A stretch of DNA of 64,000 nucleotides from a virus (Duplodnaviria; Caudoviricetes), in IMG/VR virus record IMGVR_UViG_3300021139_000006, positions 6,646-70,645 of that record; one strand, given 5' to 3'. Position 1 is the first letter of the stretch. Each line of letters begins with the position of its first letter. Shown in pieces: positions 49,804-58,482 of this stretch. A program made the position numbers and the translations under genes. A model generated the notes under the pieces. That model worked only from the letters and a program-made list of their open reading frames with translations, was not told the DNA's origin and did no database searches.

Positions 49804-50120
49804 CAAAAGAGAAATTTAAAGAGTATTTTAAGTTACAACAGGGTATATCAGAAAGATACCGTAACCTTTATAATAACGGTGTAGACTTGATAGACTACGA
49901 CAATGAATTCTACCTTATAATAGAATTATTAGGTGAAGAGTTATTTGGAAAATACGGGTGGGACCACGTATCTAATTTTGAGATGAGTAGGAAAGAAGTA
50001 TACTCTCGTGAGAAGCCTATGTGCTGGGATTCAGAGACTGAAGAACCTTTATATTGGGATTTGGATTCCCTGTATGATTTTATGGTTAAGGAAAAATATA
50101 TTTTGGTAAAAGAGTCTTAA
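49800..50120 (+). CDS. Hypothetical protein
   Basis: ATGA overlap with upstream gene. Confidence 0.55.
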   Translation: MTKEKFKEYFKLQQGISERYRNLYNNGVDLIDYDNEFYLIIELLGEELFGKYGWDHVSNFEMSRKEVYSREKPMCWDSETEEPLYWDLDSLYDFMVKEKYILVKES

Positions 50121-50151
50121 TCGATACATTTGCATCAAAAATAGGTACAGT

Positions 50152-50421
50152 ATGTCATTAGTAAAAGAAAAACTACAAGGTAGAATAAAGCCCGTCCTAG
50201 AAAAAGAATCAGGTGGGCAAACAAAAGAGCAGATAGATCTCATCAGAGAAAGGCACAAGTACCTTGATGAAAAGCTAAGGGATGAGGTGTTAAACAAAGT
50301 AGCGGTAGAATATTACCTAGACCTAGATGCCGGCGAAGACCAGCAGACAGTAATTAATTCATTTATAGCCGGAGCACTCTACGAAAAGTGGAGAGCTGCT
50401 ATTGAAAAACACGCACAATAA
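50152..50421 (+). CDS. Hypothetical protein
   Basis: Follows TACATTTG promoter. Confidence 0.55.
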   Translation: MSLVKEKLQGRIKPVLEKESGGQTKEQIDLIRERHKYLDEKLRDEVLNKVAVEYYLDLDAGEDQQTVINSFIAGALYEKWRAAIEKHAQ

Positions 50422-50472
50422 AATTAAAACTATAAATTATAAAGTAATTGAATATTAGTAAAAAAGAAAACA

Positions 50473-51135
50473 ATGAAAAAGATACTATTAACATTTGCAA
50501 TGTGCATTTTTTGCACAATACTTTTTGCACAACACACCATAACTGTAAAGCACACTTATTATACTTTAGAGTATGATACTGTTTTGAAATCGCCTTTGAT
50601 TAGTTGGTATATCCAAACTACCGCACACGCAACTAGTACAAATAAGATAGACCGTAAGACAGTTGCGTCTTTCCATCAAGACCCTTTAATTAACCCTAAG
50701 TATCAGGTAGCCACTGACAAGGAATACCTGAACAATGGTAAATATGATAAAGGGCACCTGGCTCCATACAGTGCATTCTATTTCGACTTAACAGCTGCAA
50801 AGGAATCTATGTTGTATACAAACACAGCTCCGCAGTATTCCTTCTTTAATGAGCATCCTTATGAGCGTTTAGAGCAGCATATACTTAAAGAACTTGCCCC
50901 TGATTTTGACTCAATATATGTCTATACAGGATGTTTATATGGTAATGAAAAGATGAAGGATGTACCTGTACCAGATTATTACTGGAAGGTAATAAAATAC
51001 AACGGAAAAATAGAAGGGTGGGTGTGTCCAAATGAGTTTACTAATAACTCAGACTATACAAGATACAAAAAAGACATTGTGTTTATCCGAGATTTGATTT
51101 TAAAATATTACCCTAAGTTAAATATACCTTTTTAA
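50473..51135 (+). CDS. Secreted DNA/RNA non-specific endonuclease (NucA/Serratia type)
   Basis: Signal peptide; YDKGHLAP, NTAPQ and VPDYYWKVI motifs. Confidence 0.88.
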   Translation: MKKILLTFAMCIFCTILFAQHTITVKHTYYTLEYDTVLKSPLISWYIQTTAHATSTNKIDRKTVASFHQDPLINPKYQVATDKEYLNNGKYDKGHLAPYSAFYFDLTAAKESMLYTNTAPQYSFFNEHPYERLEQHILKELAPDFDSIYVYTGCLYGNEKMKDVPVPDYYWKVIKYNGKIEGWVCPNEFTNNSDYTRYKKDIVFIRDLILKYYPKLNIPF

Positions 51136-51138
51136 TAA

Positions 51139-51771
51139 ATGAACAGACTAAGAGTACTTATTGGTTGTGAAGAATCACAAGAGATAGCAAAGGCATTCAG
51201 AGAACTAGGTCACGAAGCATACAGTAATGACCTACAAGATTGCTCAGGTGGGCACCCAGAATGGCATATTAAGGGTGATGTACTCGAAGTTATCAAGATA
51301 AACTGCTGGGATTTAGCTATATTCCACCCAGATTGCACTTATTTGACCTGTACAGCCAATAAATGGCTGAAAGACCAGCCTGAGCGTAAATCTGGTGTAT
51401 TAGTAGGAGAACCTCGCAGAATAGCCCAAAAAGAGGCTATAGAGTTCTTTATGAAGCTATATAACTGCGATACTACCCATATTGCAATAGAAAACCCCAT
51501 AGGAGTGATGAGTAGTGCCTTCCGTAAGCCTAATCAGATACTACAACCGTGGCAATTTGGCCATGGGGAAGTTAAGGCTACCTGCCTATGGACCAGGAAC
51601 CTACCCATACTAAGCCCTACGGATGTAGTCTCAGGTAGGGTAGCTAGGTCACATAACGTCCCACCTAGTCCAGAAAGGTCTAAAATAAGGTCTAGGACCT
51701 ACCCAGGTATTGCGAAAGCAATAGCAAAGCAGTATTCAGACTACGTAATAAAATATAAAAGATGCTTCTAG
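51139..51771 (+). CDS. Phage DNA cytosine methyltransferase-like protein
   Basis: VLIGCEES, HPDCTYL, IENP and RSRTYPGIA motifs. Confidence 0.8.
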   Translation: MNRLRVLIGCEESQEIAKAFRELGHEAYSNDLQDCSGGHPEWHIKGDVLEVIKINCWDLAIFHPDCTYLTCTANKWLKDQPERKSGVLVGEPRRIAQKEAIEFFMKLYNCDTTHIAIENPIGVMSSAFRKPNQILQPWQFGHGEVKATCLWTRNLPILSPTDVVSGRVARSHNVPPSPERSKIRSRTYPGIAKAIAKQYSDYVIKYKRCF

Positions 51772-51980
51772 AGTTAAAACTAAAGGTAGATGTAGGAGAA
51801 AACTTCATAAGTACCCCTCCAACCCAGGTAGAACTGGACTGGTTACACTATGATTTTCTTAATCCCATAAATCTATCACTAGGGGATGAACCATACCCAG
51901 TCTTGGAAGTATCTGAAATAAAGTTGATAAATGAACAAACCGGCCCTGAAATCCCTAAAATAACATTCTTTAGTGTATGA
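51762..51980 (+). CDS. Hypothetical protein
   Basis: Overlap packing with neighbours. Confidence 0.45.
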   Translation: MLLELKLKVDVGENFISTPPTQVELDWLHYDFLNPINLSLGDEPYPVLEVSEIKLINEQTGPEIPKITFFSV

Positions 51981-52222
51981 GACATCCATTAATAGCGTTC
52001 AAAGAACGTCTGAGTAAGATAGGTATAGAAATAACCATGTCATCTAATTACCCATGGGTTTATTTATATACTGTAAATGGTAACAGAGTAACTGAAATAT
52101 ACCAAAGTGATCATTGCTTCACTATTGGGTTTATTAGCGTCAGGAATGAAAATGAGTTTAGGTTCACAGACCTAAAAGAAATATTTCTGGTAATCAGAAA
52201 ATACCTACCTTTGCATAAATAA
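51977..52222 (+). CDS. Hypothetical protein
   Basis: ATGA overlap; NYPWVYL. Confidence 0.55.
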   Translation: MRHPLIAFKERLSKIGIEITMSSNYPWVYLYTVNGNRVTEIYQSDHCFTIGFISVRNENEFRFTDLKEIFLVIRKYLPLHK

Positions 52223-52229
52223 AATAAAC

Positions 52230-52703
52230 ATGTATACAAACAACAACTACACGACTACCATCAGCTCTTACAAAGAGTTTGAAGAAGCATTAAATGAAGC
52301 TATCAACTCTACGAAACCAATGACAGAGGAAGAAGCAGATATGATAGACTATCTGGCTGATTACCTAGACTTATTCGACCTGCAAGGTGAAGAAGACGAG
52401 TTAGATCCAGAAGTAACAGCCCTGAAACAAAAGGTAACAGAGCTAGAAAACAGGCTTAAAAACCTAGAGGCATCTCACAAAGATGTAGTAGTAGAACCAG
52501 CTAAAAAAGCTGAAGTTGACTACTCCTTCTGTAACTTCATGGATAAAACACATCCAAGTAAGAATAGAAAAATTATCATAGGTACAAACATAGGTTCATC
52601 CGCATATAGTGGAATGGCCGAAGTGAAAACAGTAGAAAGTGTAATTTACACCCAAGACTACATAGACGAGATGATAAGAACTGAAAAATGGGTAAAATTA
52701 TAG
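52230..52703 (+). CDS. Hypothetical acidic coiled-coil protein
   Basis: Follows TACCTTTG promoter. Confidence 0.55.
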   Translation: MYTNNNYTTTISSYKEFEEALNEAINSTKPMTEEEADMIDYLADYLDLFDLQGEEDELDPEVTALKQKVTELENRLKNLEASHKDVVVEPAKKAEVDYSFCNFMDKTHPSKNRKIIIGTNIGSSAYSGMAEVKTVESVIYTQDYIDEMIRTEKWVKL

Positions 52704-52786
52704 AAAATTTTTTCAAAGGGGGATAGCCTGTTAAAAGGTAAATCTCCCTTTGATATTTTAACAATAAAAAAAGGGGGGTAGGGGGT

Positions 52787-52972
52787 ATGTACATAGACGA
52801 AAACCTATTCAATACTATAAGAGCCCAGGCTCTGGTAAAACTGAACAACAACAAAGACAAGCCTATGTCCGAAGCAACCATAGAGGCAGAAGCTATTCTA
52901 GATGTATTAAAGGCTCTAGAGGAAGGCTCCAGGCGTAACTATAATGAAGAAGATTTAATTAACAGAATATGA
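52787..52972 (+). CDS. Hypothetical protein
   Basis: Tightly packed in operon. Confidence 0.45.
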   Translation: MYIDENLFNTIRAQALVKLNNNKDKPMSEATIEAEAILDVLKALEEGSRRNYNEEDLINRI

Positions 52973-53181
52973 AATACAGAATAAAAAGCTATGTAGGCTA
53001 CGATGGTAACACTTACTACATGGCAGAGTATAAACCTAACTGGTGGAGTCTATGGAGAGAGGATATGTACCACTACGAAACACAAGAGGAGGCTCTAGCC
53101 GAAATAAAAGAATGGAAGGAGAATGAAGCAAAAGAATTAGCTAGAAAAAATAGAAAGTACACTTACAAAGAAGTAATATGA
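52969..53181 (+). CDS. Hypothetical protein
   Basis: ATGA overlaps on both sides. Confidence 0.55.
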   Translation: MKYRIKSYVGYDGNTYYMAEYKPNWWSLWREDMYHYETQEEALAEIKEWKENEAKELARKNRKYTYKEVI

Positions 53182-53489
53182 TAACAGACAAAATAAGAAA
53201 ACTAGCCCAGGAAGGATTCGAAGATTTACACGTGCCGGTAGGATCTTTGGTAAAACTAATAGACCTGATAGGGCATGAATTTCCTCTGTTAGTTAATGGG
53301 GCTAAAATATGGATACACACAGAAGGAGAACCATGGGATGGAATAGCCATGGAAAGAAATATATCGGATGGGAGTATAACAGAGATAGAGTTTGATGAGG
53401 AAGATGAAGAAATGTACCAGATGACTGTAAAGAGAAGACAGGACCACTTTGAACTTACAGAGAGGTTGAAGGAGTTTAACAGGGGGTGA
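53178..53489 (+). CDS. Hypothetical protein
   Basis: ATGA overlap; followed by a terminator. Confidence 0.55.
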   Translation: MITDKIRKLAQEGFEDLHVPVGSLVKLIDLIGHEFPLLVNGAKIWIHTEGEPWDGIAMERNISDGSITEIEFDEEDEEMYQMTVKRRQDHFELTERLKEFNRG

Positions 53490-53528
53490 AGAGTTTAACA
53501 GGGGGACATAGTTGTCCCTTTGTTGTTT
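53472..53528 (+). terminator. Terminator preceded by a 15-bp direct duplication
   Basis: GAGTTTAACAGGGGG at 53472 and 53491; GGGGGACA/TGTCCCTT stem plus T-rich tail. Confidence 0.6.
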
Positions 53529-53928
53529 AGTATAGTGAAGTGATGGTTTAACCTCAGGGTCCAGGGGGAAGGGTAGCCGGAGCAGATCTTAGGGTTATTT
53601 TATATAATTATATATTATTTTAGATTTGGGGGATTTGGGGTGGGGTTAGAGAGGCAATCTGCTGGATCCCTCCAGCGAAAAAATTTCGTTAGTTACGAAA
53701 ATTACTACTTTTTTACGAAAAAAATAAAACGAAAACGATTGAAATTTACGATATTGGGAAACATATACCAAAAAGTTTGTCTGGTAACTTTGCAGCCCTT
53801 ATCTTTGCCATGCCATACCATTACTCACTAAAAACACCCTTAAGGGGCGACGGGTAAAGTATTGCCCATACTTTTACAATTAAAGTATGGTATTAATTAA
53901 AAGGCTTAAATAGCCACAATTTAAAGTT

Positions 53929-54657
53929 ATGAGTACAGAAGTAAACAATGTAGTAAAGGCAGTAGCAGCAAGGCAGCCAAAAGAAGTAAAGGCAGTAGCA
54001 GCAAGGCAGCCAAAAGAAGTAAAGGCAGTAATAGTAGGCAGCATTGCCGAAACCACTGCCGAAAGTATCAAAGTAGAGATACTTAAACCAATGTTATCCA
54101 ATTACAAGGCAGCAAAGGAAAGTGGTTTATTATCATTTAGGGTTGATTATATGCAGCCGCAAAGGATTGGGAAAGAAACCATATTTACCGAAGCAGCAAT
54201 GTTATTGGATAATATTAGTGTGAAAGAACTAATAAACGTACTGCCCACTAAATTAGAACACATAAGGCAACACAAAGGCAAGAGTGTTAAGTTGGTATTG
54301 AATAACGATGTTTTATTTAATATCGATATTAATGCAGCTGCTAAAATGCAGCCTTATATATTAGCCAAGTATCTTACTACATCACTATTTAGAGCTTATA
54401 GTAATGAAACAGACCTTACTGACATCGCTTTATTTATTAGCTATTTCCTTACTTTAGGCAATAGGTCAGTTTTGCCTAATATTGATGCCATAACCCTTTA
54501 TGAAAGTAAGAGGGTCGAAAAGATTATAGTAGCCACTAACTACAATAATGCAAGACAAGCAACTTTACACATCGTTTCAGATATGGCAAGCGCAAAGTTA
54601 ATAGCCGAAACTGAAACGCTACAAAATAGCCTTAACGGGTTATTGCTTAACGCTTAA
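53929..54657 (+). CDS. Orphan protein (242 aa) upstream of a large structured RNA
   Basis: Preceded by tandem TAnnTTTG promoters; N-terminal repeat VKAVAARQPKE. Confidence 0.7.
   Translation: MSTEVNNVVKAVAARQPKEVKAVAARQPKEVKAVIVGSIAETTAESIKVEILKPMLSNYKAAKESGLLSFRVDYMQPQRIGKETIFTEAAMLLDNISVKELINVLPTKLEHIRQHKGKSVKLVLNNDVLFNIDINAAAKMQPYILAKYLTTSLFRAYSNETDLTDIALFISYFLTLGNRSVLPNIDAITLYESKRVEKIIVATNYNNARQATLHIVSDMASAKLIAETETLQNSLNGLLLNA
53952..54030 (+). repeat. 33-bp tandem repeat (about 2.4 copies)
   Basis: AGTAAAGGCAGTAGCAGCAAGGCAGCCAAAAGA twice plus a partial copy, in frame. Confidence 0.9.
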
Positions 54658-54659
54658 TC

Positions 54660-55547
54660 CTTTGCAGCCTATTACACTAATTTAAGTTAGTGGGTAATGT
54701 CGGACATTAATAGGCTGCCTATTCTATCAATACAGCAATTTTGATAGGGTTTATTTAAGTGGTTAATTTGATAGGGTTAACCATTATTTTACGGCTGCAA
54801 TAAAGCAATTTTGTAGCAACTTATTAACAGTTCTTTTGTAGGTTTATTGTATTGTATTATCTTAACTGCTTAATTAATTTATTTTAGTTAGTTGCTTATC
54901 CCTTACAATAAACTTACAAAGCAAATATAATAGCTTACTATATACACAACTTAATTAAGTTAGTATGTAGTAGGCTATACTTGTTTGCACCACACCAATA
55001 AAAAAGATGACATACCACACCGAATAAGTGTGGCACAACCTTAATGTACTTTATGTACATTGGTTAATGTATATACAAAAATTTATACATTGATATAGGT
55101 ATGTGCTGCAAAATATGCGTGTGATGTGGTATGCTCATTGAGTACTATATGCTGACCTCTCTATATGTACTTTGCCGTAAGCAAGTGTATAGATGTAGCT
55201 ATGTATGTGAGTAGCGACCACATACAGTTATCCTTACAACCATAACCAATGGTAAGGTAGTCAGGCAACTACAAAAATGGATCCACATAACACGTATGCA
55301 GTAACGTGTTTAATCCCCACAAGAAGGGTAAAACAACTATAATAAACTTGCAGTCGAAAGGCTACCTATGTGAGTAGGTTAATCCCCGCAAGAAGGGTAA
55401 AGGTTGTACAATAGACTTGTATGTCTGCAAACATAGTGTAGTGGGCTTGCAGAGGGTTCGAGTCCCTCGCTACCTCAAACCACCTGGATTGCAATCCCTT
55501 GCGATTCGGGTGTGTCCGTCTATATACAATTTATAGGCGGTGTTTTT
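54660..55547 (+). ncRNA. Putative large structured non-coding RNA (about 890 nt)
   Basis: Near-continuous stems with plus-strand G-U pairs, multi-way junctions, a duplicated 22-mer, a tRNA-like T-arm and a terminal hairpin with U-tract. Confidence 0.7.
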
Positions 55548-55586
55548 AACAAGGGGTACATTAGTTACTCCACAAAAAAGTTATGT

Positions 55587-55823
55587 ATGGATTTATTAAT
55601 GCATCACACTCCTATGGGGTTCGCACCAAGAACGAACACCCTTAATATGGAGGAATTTAGTGAGCACATTAAGTTGCTCACTACCTGTAAAGGTATGGGG
55701 TTATTTGACTATATCCTATTACTAAGGAATAGCCCATGTGCTACTCATAATAAGATGGGTAGTAAATTAATCAAAGAAAACACAGAGGGACTGTGTTTTC
55801 AATTTCATCACCATAAAAATTAA
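55587..55823 (+). CDS. Hypothetical protein (likely start MDLLMH)
   Basis: ATG with A-rich leader; the track start at 55512 lies inside hairpins. Confidence 0.4.
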   Translation: MDLLMHHTPMGFAPRTNTLNMEEFSEHIKLLTTCKGMGLFDYILLLRNSPCATHNKMGSKLIKENTEGLCFQFHHHKN

Positions 55824-55827
55824 GTAT

Positions 55828-56034
55828 ATGAAAAAGAATTTGGATCTACAAGGGTATGAGTACTCTGAAAAATTATCCTCAAGGGAAAAGACTGTCCTAA
55901 TGATAGTGGTTATAGTGATGATTGCCTTTACGCTTACAAGCTGTTACCACCAACAGTACGATTGTGCTGCACATTATAAAATAACCCAGTACTACTCTGG
56001 GAGGATTACCCCTGCCTATAAATTAGCCCACTAG
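55828..56034 (+). CDS. Small putative lipoprotein
   Basis: Hydrophobic stretch followed by lipobox LTSC. Confidence 0.55.
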   Translation: MKKNLDLQGYEYSEKLSSREKTVLMIVVIVMIAFTLTSCYHQQYDCAAHYKITQYYSGRITPAYKLAH

Positions 56035-56124
56035 GAGGCTCAAGGCTGCCCTGTAATGGGGTGGCTAAGGTGTATGTATTGTTTTATCTTTTAACTGCCC
56101 TAAATGGGCTTAAATTAAATTGTT

Positions 56125-56553
56125 ATGGAAAAGATGACTAAGTTCGAGTTCAATCTCGAAAAACAATCGTTTGCTAAGGGGAGTGATAATAGTGAGGTTG
56201 TATATGAACCTACTAAACCCTTTCCAAAAAGTGAAAAGGTTAACGCACTTGAATTATCTTGGTGGAAAAAAACCGCTGAGAGAGTGTATGGTCGTCCTAT
56301 TCCCCATAAGGAAGGGGATAGGTATATTCCCTTAGAGAAGGTAAAGGATGTAGAGTTAGTGGAAGGTAAAATACTCACTGAGTATAGAGCCTTAAATGGC
56401 TATCTTGACAAGCCTAAGGATAAGGGAAAGAGAAAAAGGTTCAAGATTCATACATCTTGTGTAAGCACAATACCTAGTGGAAGGAGGGTGTATGAGGCAG
56501 CACAGAGAAAATGTATTCCTTACTTTCAAGCAAAAGCACTAGCACATGTATAA
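56125..56553 (+). CDS. Hypothetical protein
   Basis: A-rich start context. Confidence 0.5.
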   Translation: MEKMTKFEFNLEKQSFAKGSDNSEVVYEPTKPFPKSEKVNALELSWWKKTAERVYGRPIPHKEGDRYIPLEKVKDVELVEGKILTEYRALNGYLDKPKDKGKRKRFKIHTSCVSTIPSGRRVYEAAQRKCIPYFQAKALAHV

Positions 56554-56866
56554 GGAAATATTAGAAAAGGCCAGGAAACACTATACCTTCCACCTGGACC
56601 TTATGGAAGGTATGAGTGACGTAGGAGAGATGATAGAATATGCTCATAAGTACGACATAGGCATGGGTCTGTGTTGGTACCTCATTATGAGGGCCGGCTA
56701 TCACAGGGATGAGTATGAGGGAGGCATCTTTGATATTATCAAGAAGGTAAGTAAGGGTAATAGATACTACTTCGAGTATGCCTCTGATATGCACACTAAG
56801 GAGAAGGTATTACAGGCGATAGCTAAGAGAATAGAGTTGATTGATAGGGTTATGAAAAGGATGTAG
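56546..56866 (+). CDS. Hypothetical protein
   Basis: Overlaps the upstream gene. Confidence 0.5.
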   Translation: MYKEILEKARKHYTFHLDLMEGMSDVGEMIEYAHKYDIGMGLCWYLIMRAGYHRDEYEGGIFDIIKKVSKGNRYYFEYASDMHTKEKVLQAIAKRIELIDRVMKRM

Positions 56867-56868
56867 GG

Positions 56869-58134
56869 TTACTCTAAGTTAGAGTTCTTAGTTTTGACAG
56901 CCTCTTTGAATATTTGATAATACTTGTCTATGGTATTTTTACTAAGCACTTTCTTACGAGCCAATCCTTTTATAGTTATTTTACCTTCGAGTTCTAAGTC
57001 CCATTCATCTATTAACTTAGCCAATCTCTGCTTACTCTCTAATATTTTCTTCTTGACTAGTTCATCTCTGCACACTTCTAGCTTGTCTTGTGTGGATAAT
57101 TTACTCCTATTATTGTGGTCAAAGATTATATACCTGGGCTTATCGTGTATAGGGCTAAGTTCACCTTCATTCAACTGTTTGAATACTGTGTCTACAACTC
57201 TCTTCACATTAACTTCTTTGGAAGGCTTACTATAATATATTTCATTGACCCTTGACATTATCTTGTAAGCTCTGGCATAGCTTATGGAAGGGTTAAGCCA
57301 AACTAAATTTGTACAGTAGCTGAGTAAGGTTTTATATTTGTTAGAGCATTTATTTTTGAAAGGTATGTAGCAATGTATAAAAGTAAAGCCTGACCAATTG
57401 ACAATGTAGTCACAGGTAAATTCGTAGTCTTTTAGATTATTGAATCTGAGTTGTGCATAAGGGATATTTGACCCCATCTCTGCGATATATCTTATCTCTT
57501 CTTCATTTACCAACCGAAGTGGGGTCTTTTCTTTTTTATTGGATAGTACAACAGAACTGGGGTCTTTTTTATCTACGGATAATATGACAGAACTGGGGTC
57601 TTTTTCAACCTCATAAATTAAACAATCTTCATTAATAAAAATGTTAGTATCATGGCTAAGAGTAGTGTACTGAGAATGTTTACTTGCATTAGTATCCAAC
57701 AGGTGGTTGATACCTAAGTCTGTAGCAATAGTATTATAAGAACTTTTAAAGTTATCTCTAGTGATACCATTTGCCCTTACAAGTAATGTGTAACCCCTAC
57801 CTCCAAAGGAGTGGTATAAAACGAATACCTTGCTCTTGTCAAGATTGGTTGTATCAAATTCAGGAGTATCAATATCAAAGTATAATAATCCAGTAGAGCT
57901 TTCTATATTCTTATCTTTCTTGTAGCCTTTATACAGGAAGTTATAAGTAATACAAACTAGATTTAATTTAGTGGATTCATAATCTCGGATACCTTTCCTG
58001 GCCTCAATTACTTTATAGGTATGAGGGCAATTCTCTATAGCCCTTAACCAATCTCTCAGGGATACTGTACCTAATACAGTAGGTTCACTTAACTTCTTGT
58101 AGTAATTTACTACGGTTGTGTCTAGTATTGACAT
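56869..58134 (-). CDS. BT4734/VirE-N-like primase-polymerase domain protein with C-terminal HTH
   Basis: TGLLYFDID, HSFGGRG and LSHDTNIFIN motifs; C-terminal KITIKGLARKKVLSKNTI. Confidence 0.7.
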   Translation of the reverse strand: MSILDTTVVNYYKKLSEPTVLGTVSLRDWLRAIENCPHTYKVIEARKGIRDYESTKLNLVCITYNFLYKGYKKDKNIESSTGLLYFDIDTPEFDTTNLDKSKVFVLYHSFGGRGYTLLVRANGITRDNFKSSYNTIATDLGINHLLDTNASKHSQYTTLSHDTNIFINEDCLIYEVEKDPSSVILSVDKKDPSSVVLSNKKEKTPLRLVNEEEIRYIAEMGSNIPYAQLRFNNLKDYEFTCDYIVNWSGFTFIHCYIPFKNKCSNKYKTLLSYCTNLVWLNPSISYARAYKIMSRVNEIYYSKPSKEVNVKRVVDTVFKQLNEGELSPIHDKPRYIIFDHNNRSKLSTQDKLEVCRDELVKKKILESKQRLAKLIDEWDLELEGKITIKGLARKKVLSKNTIDKYYQIFKEAVKTKNSNLE

Positions 58135-58148
58135 GATAAAATAATAAA

Positions 58149-58230
58149 TCCAGTCTTTTCTGTGGTAAGGACACGTACTGGGACTGGAATATCAATAAGT
58201 TTTAGTAGTTTTTAGTATTCCTTACATACT
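58149..58230 (-). promoter_or_regulatory. Structured leader with kissing loops
   Basis: Minus-strand loops GTAAGGA (58219-58225) and TCCTTAC (58165-58171) are complementary. Confidence 0.6.
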
Positions 58231-58308
58231 ATTCTACTTATTTAGGGCATAAGTCTGAGTAATTTAGTACATTATTCAGCAGCCCTTCTTATAATAAATA
58301 TAATAAAA

Positions 58309-58482
58309 ATGAAAAGGAGAATAAAATGCAAGGTAGTAAGGCTTAAAAACGATGCTTTACTACTACTCTTTGGTATAAAACCTAGGAGAAATAGACTGAA
58401 ATTTAATAAAATAAAGGTAAAAGAAAGGGAAATTACCCCTGAATTATTTAATAAATGGAGTGAGGCTGTCTTTAAACGATAG
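58309..58482 (+). CDS. Small basic hypothetical protein (57 aa)
   Basis: Manual translation MKRRIKCKVVRLKND..; below the ORF-track cutoff. Confidence 0.35.
   Translation: MKRRIKCKVVRLKNDALLLLFGIKPRRNRLKFNKIKVKEREITPELFNKWSEAVFKR

Noticed and set aside
53640-53831. 63-aa ORF
   Set aside because: Spans low-complexity G-tracts, A-tracts and promoter elements; probably non-coding
55311-55401. Mini CRISPR array from the two 22-nt repeats
   Set aside because: Only two short copies, embedded in hairpins, and no cas genes in the window
55400-55482. Canonical tRNA gene
   Set aside because: The T-arm is perfect, but there is no D-arm, anticodon arm or local acceptor stem at canonical spacing
55100-55482. 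tmRNA
   Set aside because: No GGGG-type 5' end or alanyl acceptor stem ending in CCA, and no evident tag peptide
53929-55547. Retron, DGR or group II intron
   Set aside because: No reverse transcriptase motifs in the 242-aa ORF or elsewhere in the window, and no TR/VR pair seen
55512-55586. ORF-track start for the 103-aa ORF
   Set aside because: The GTG start lies within terminal hairpins; ATG at 55587 has a better A-rich context
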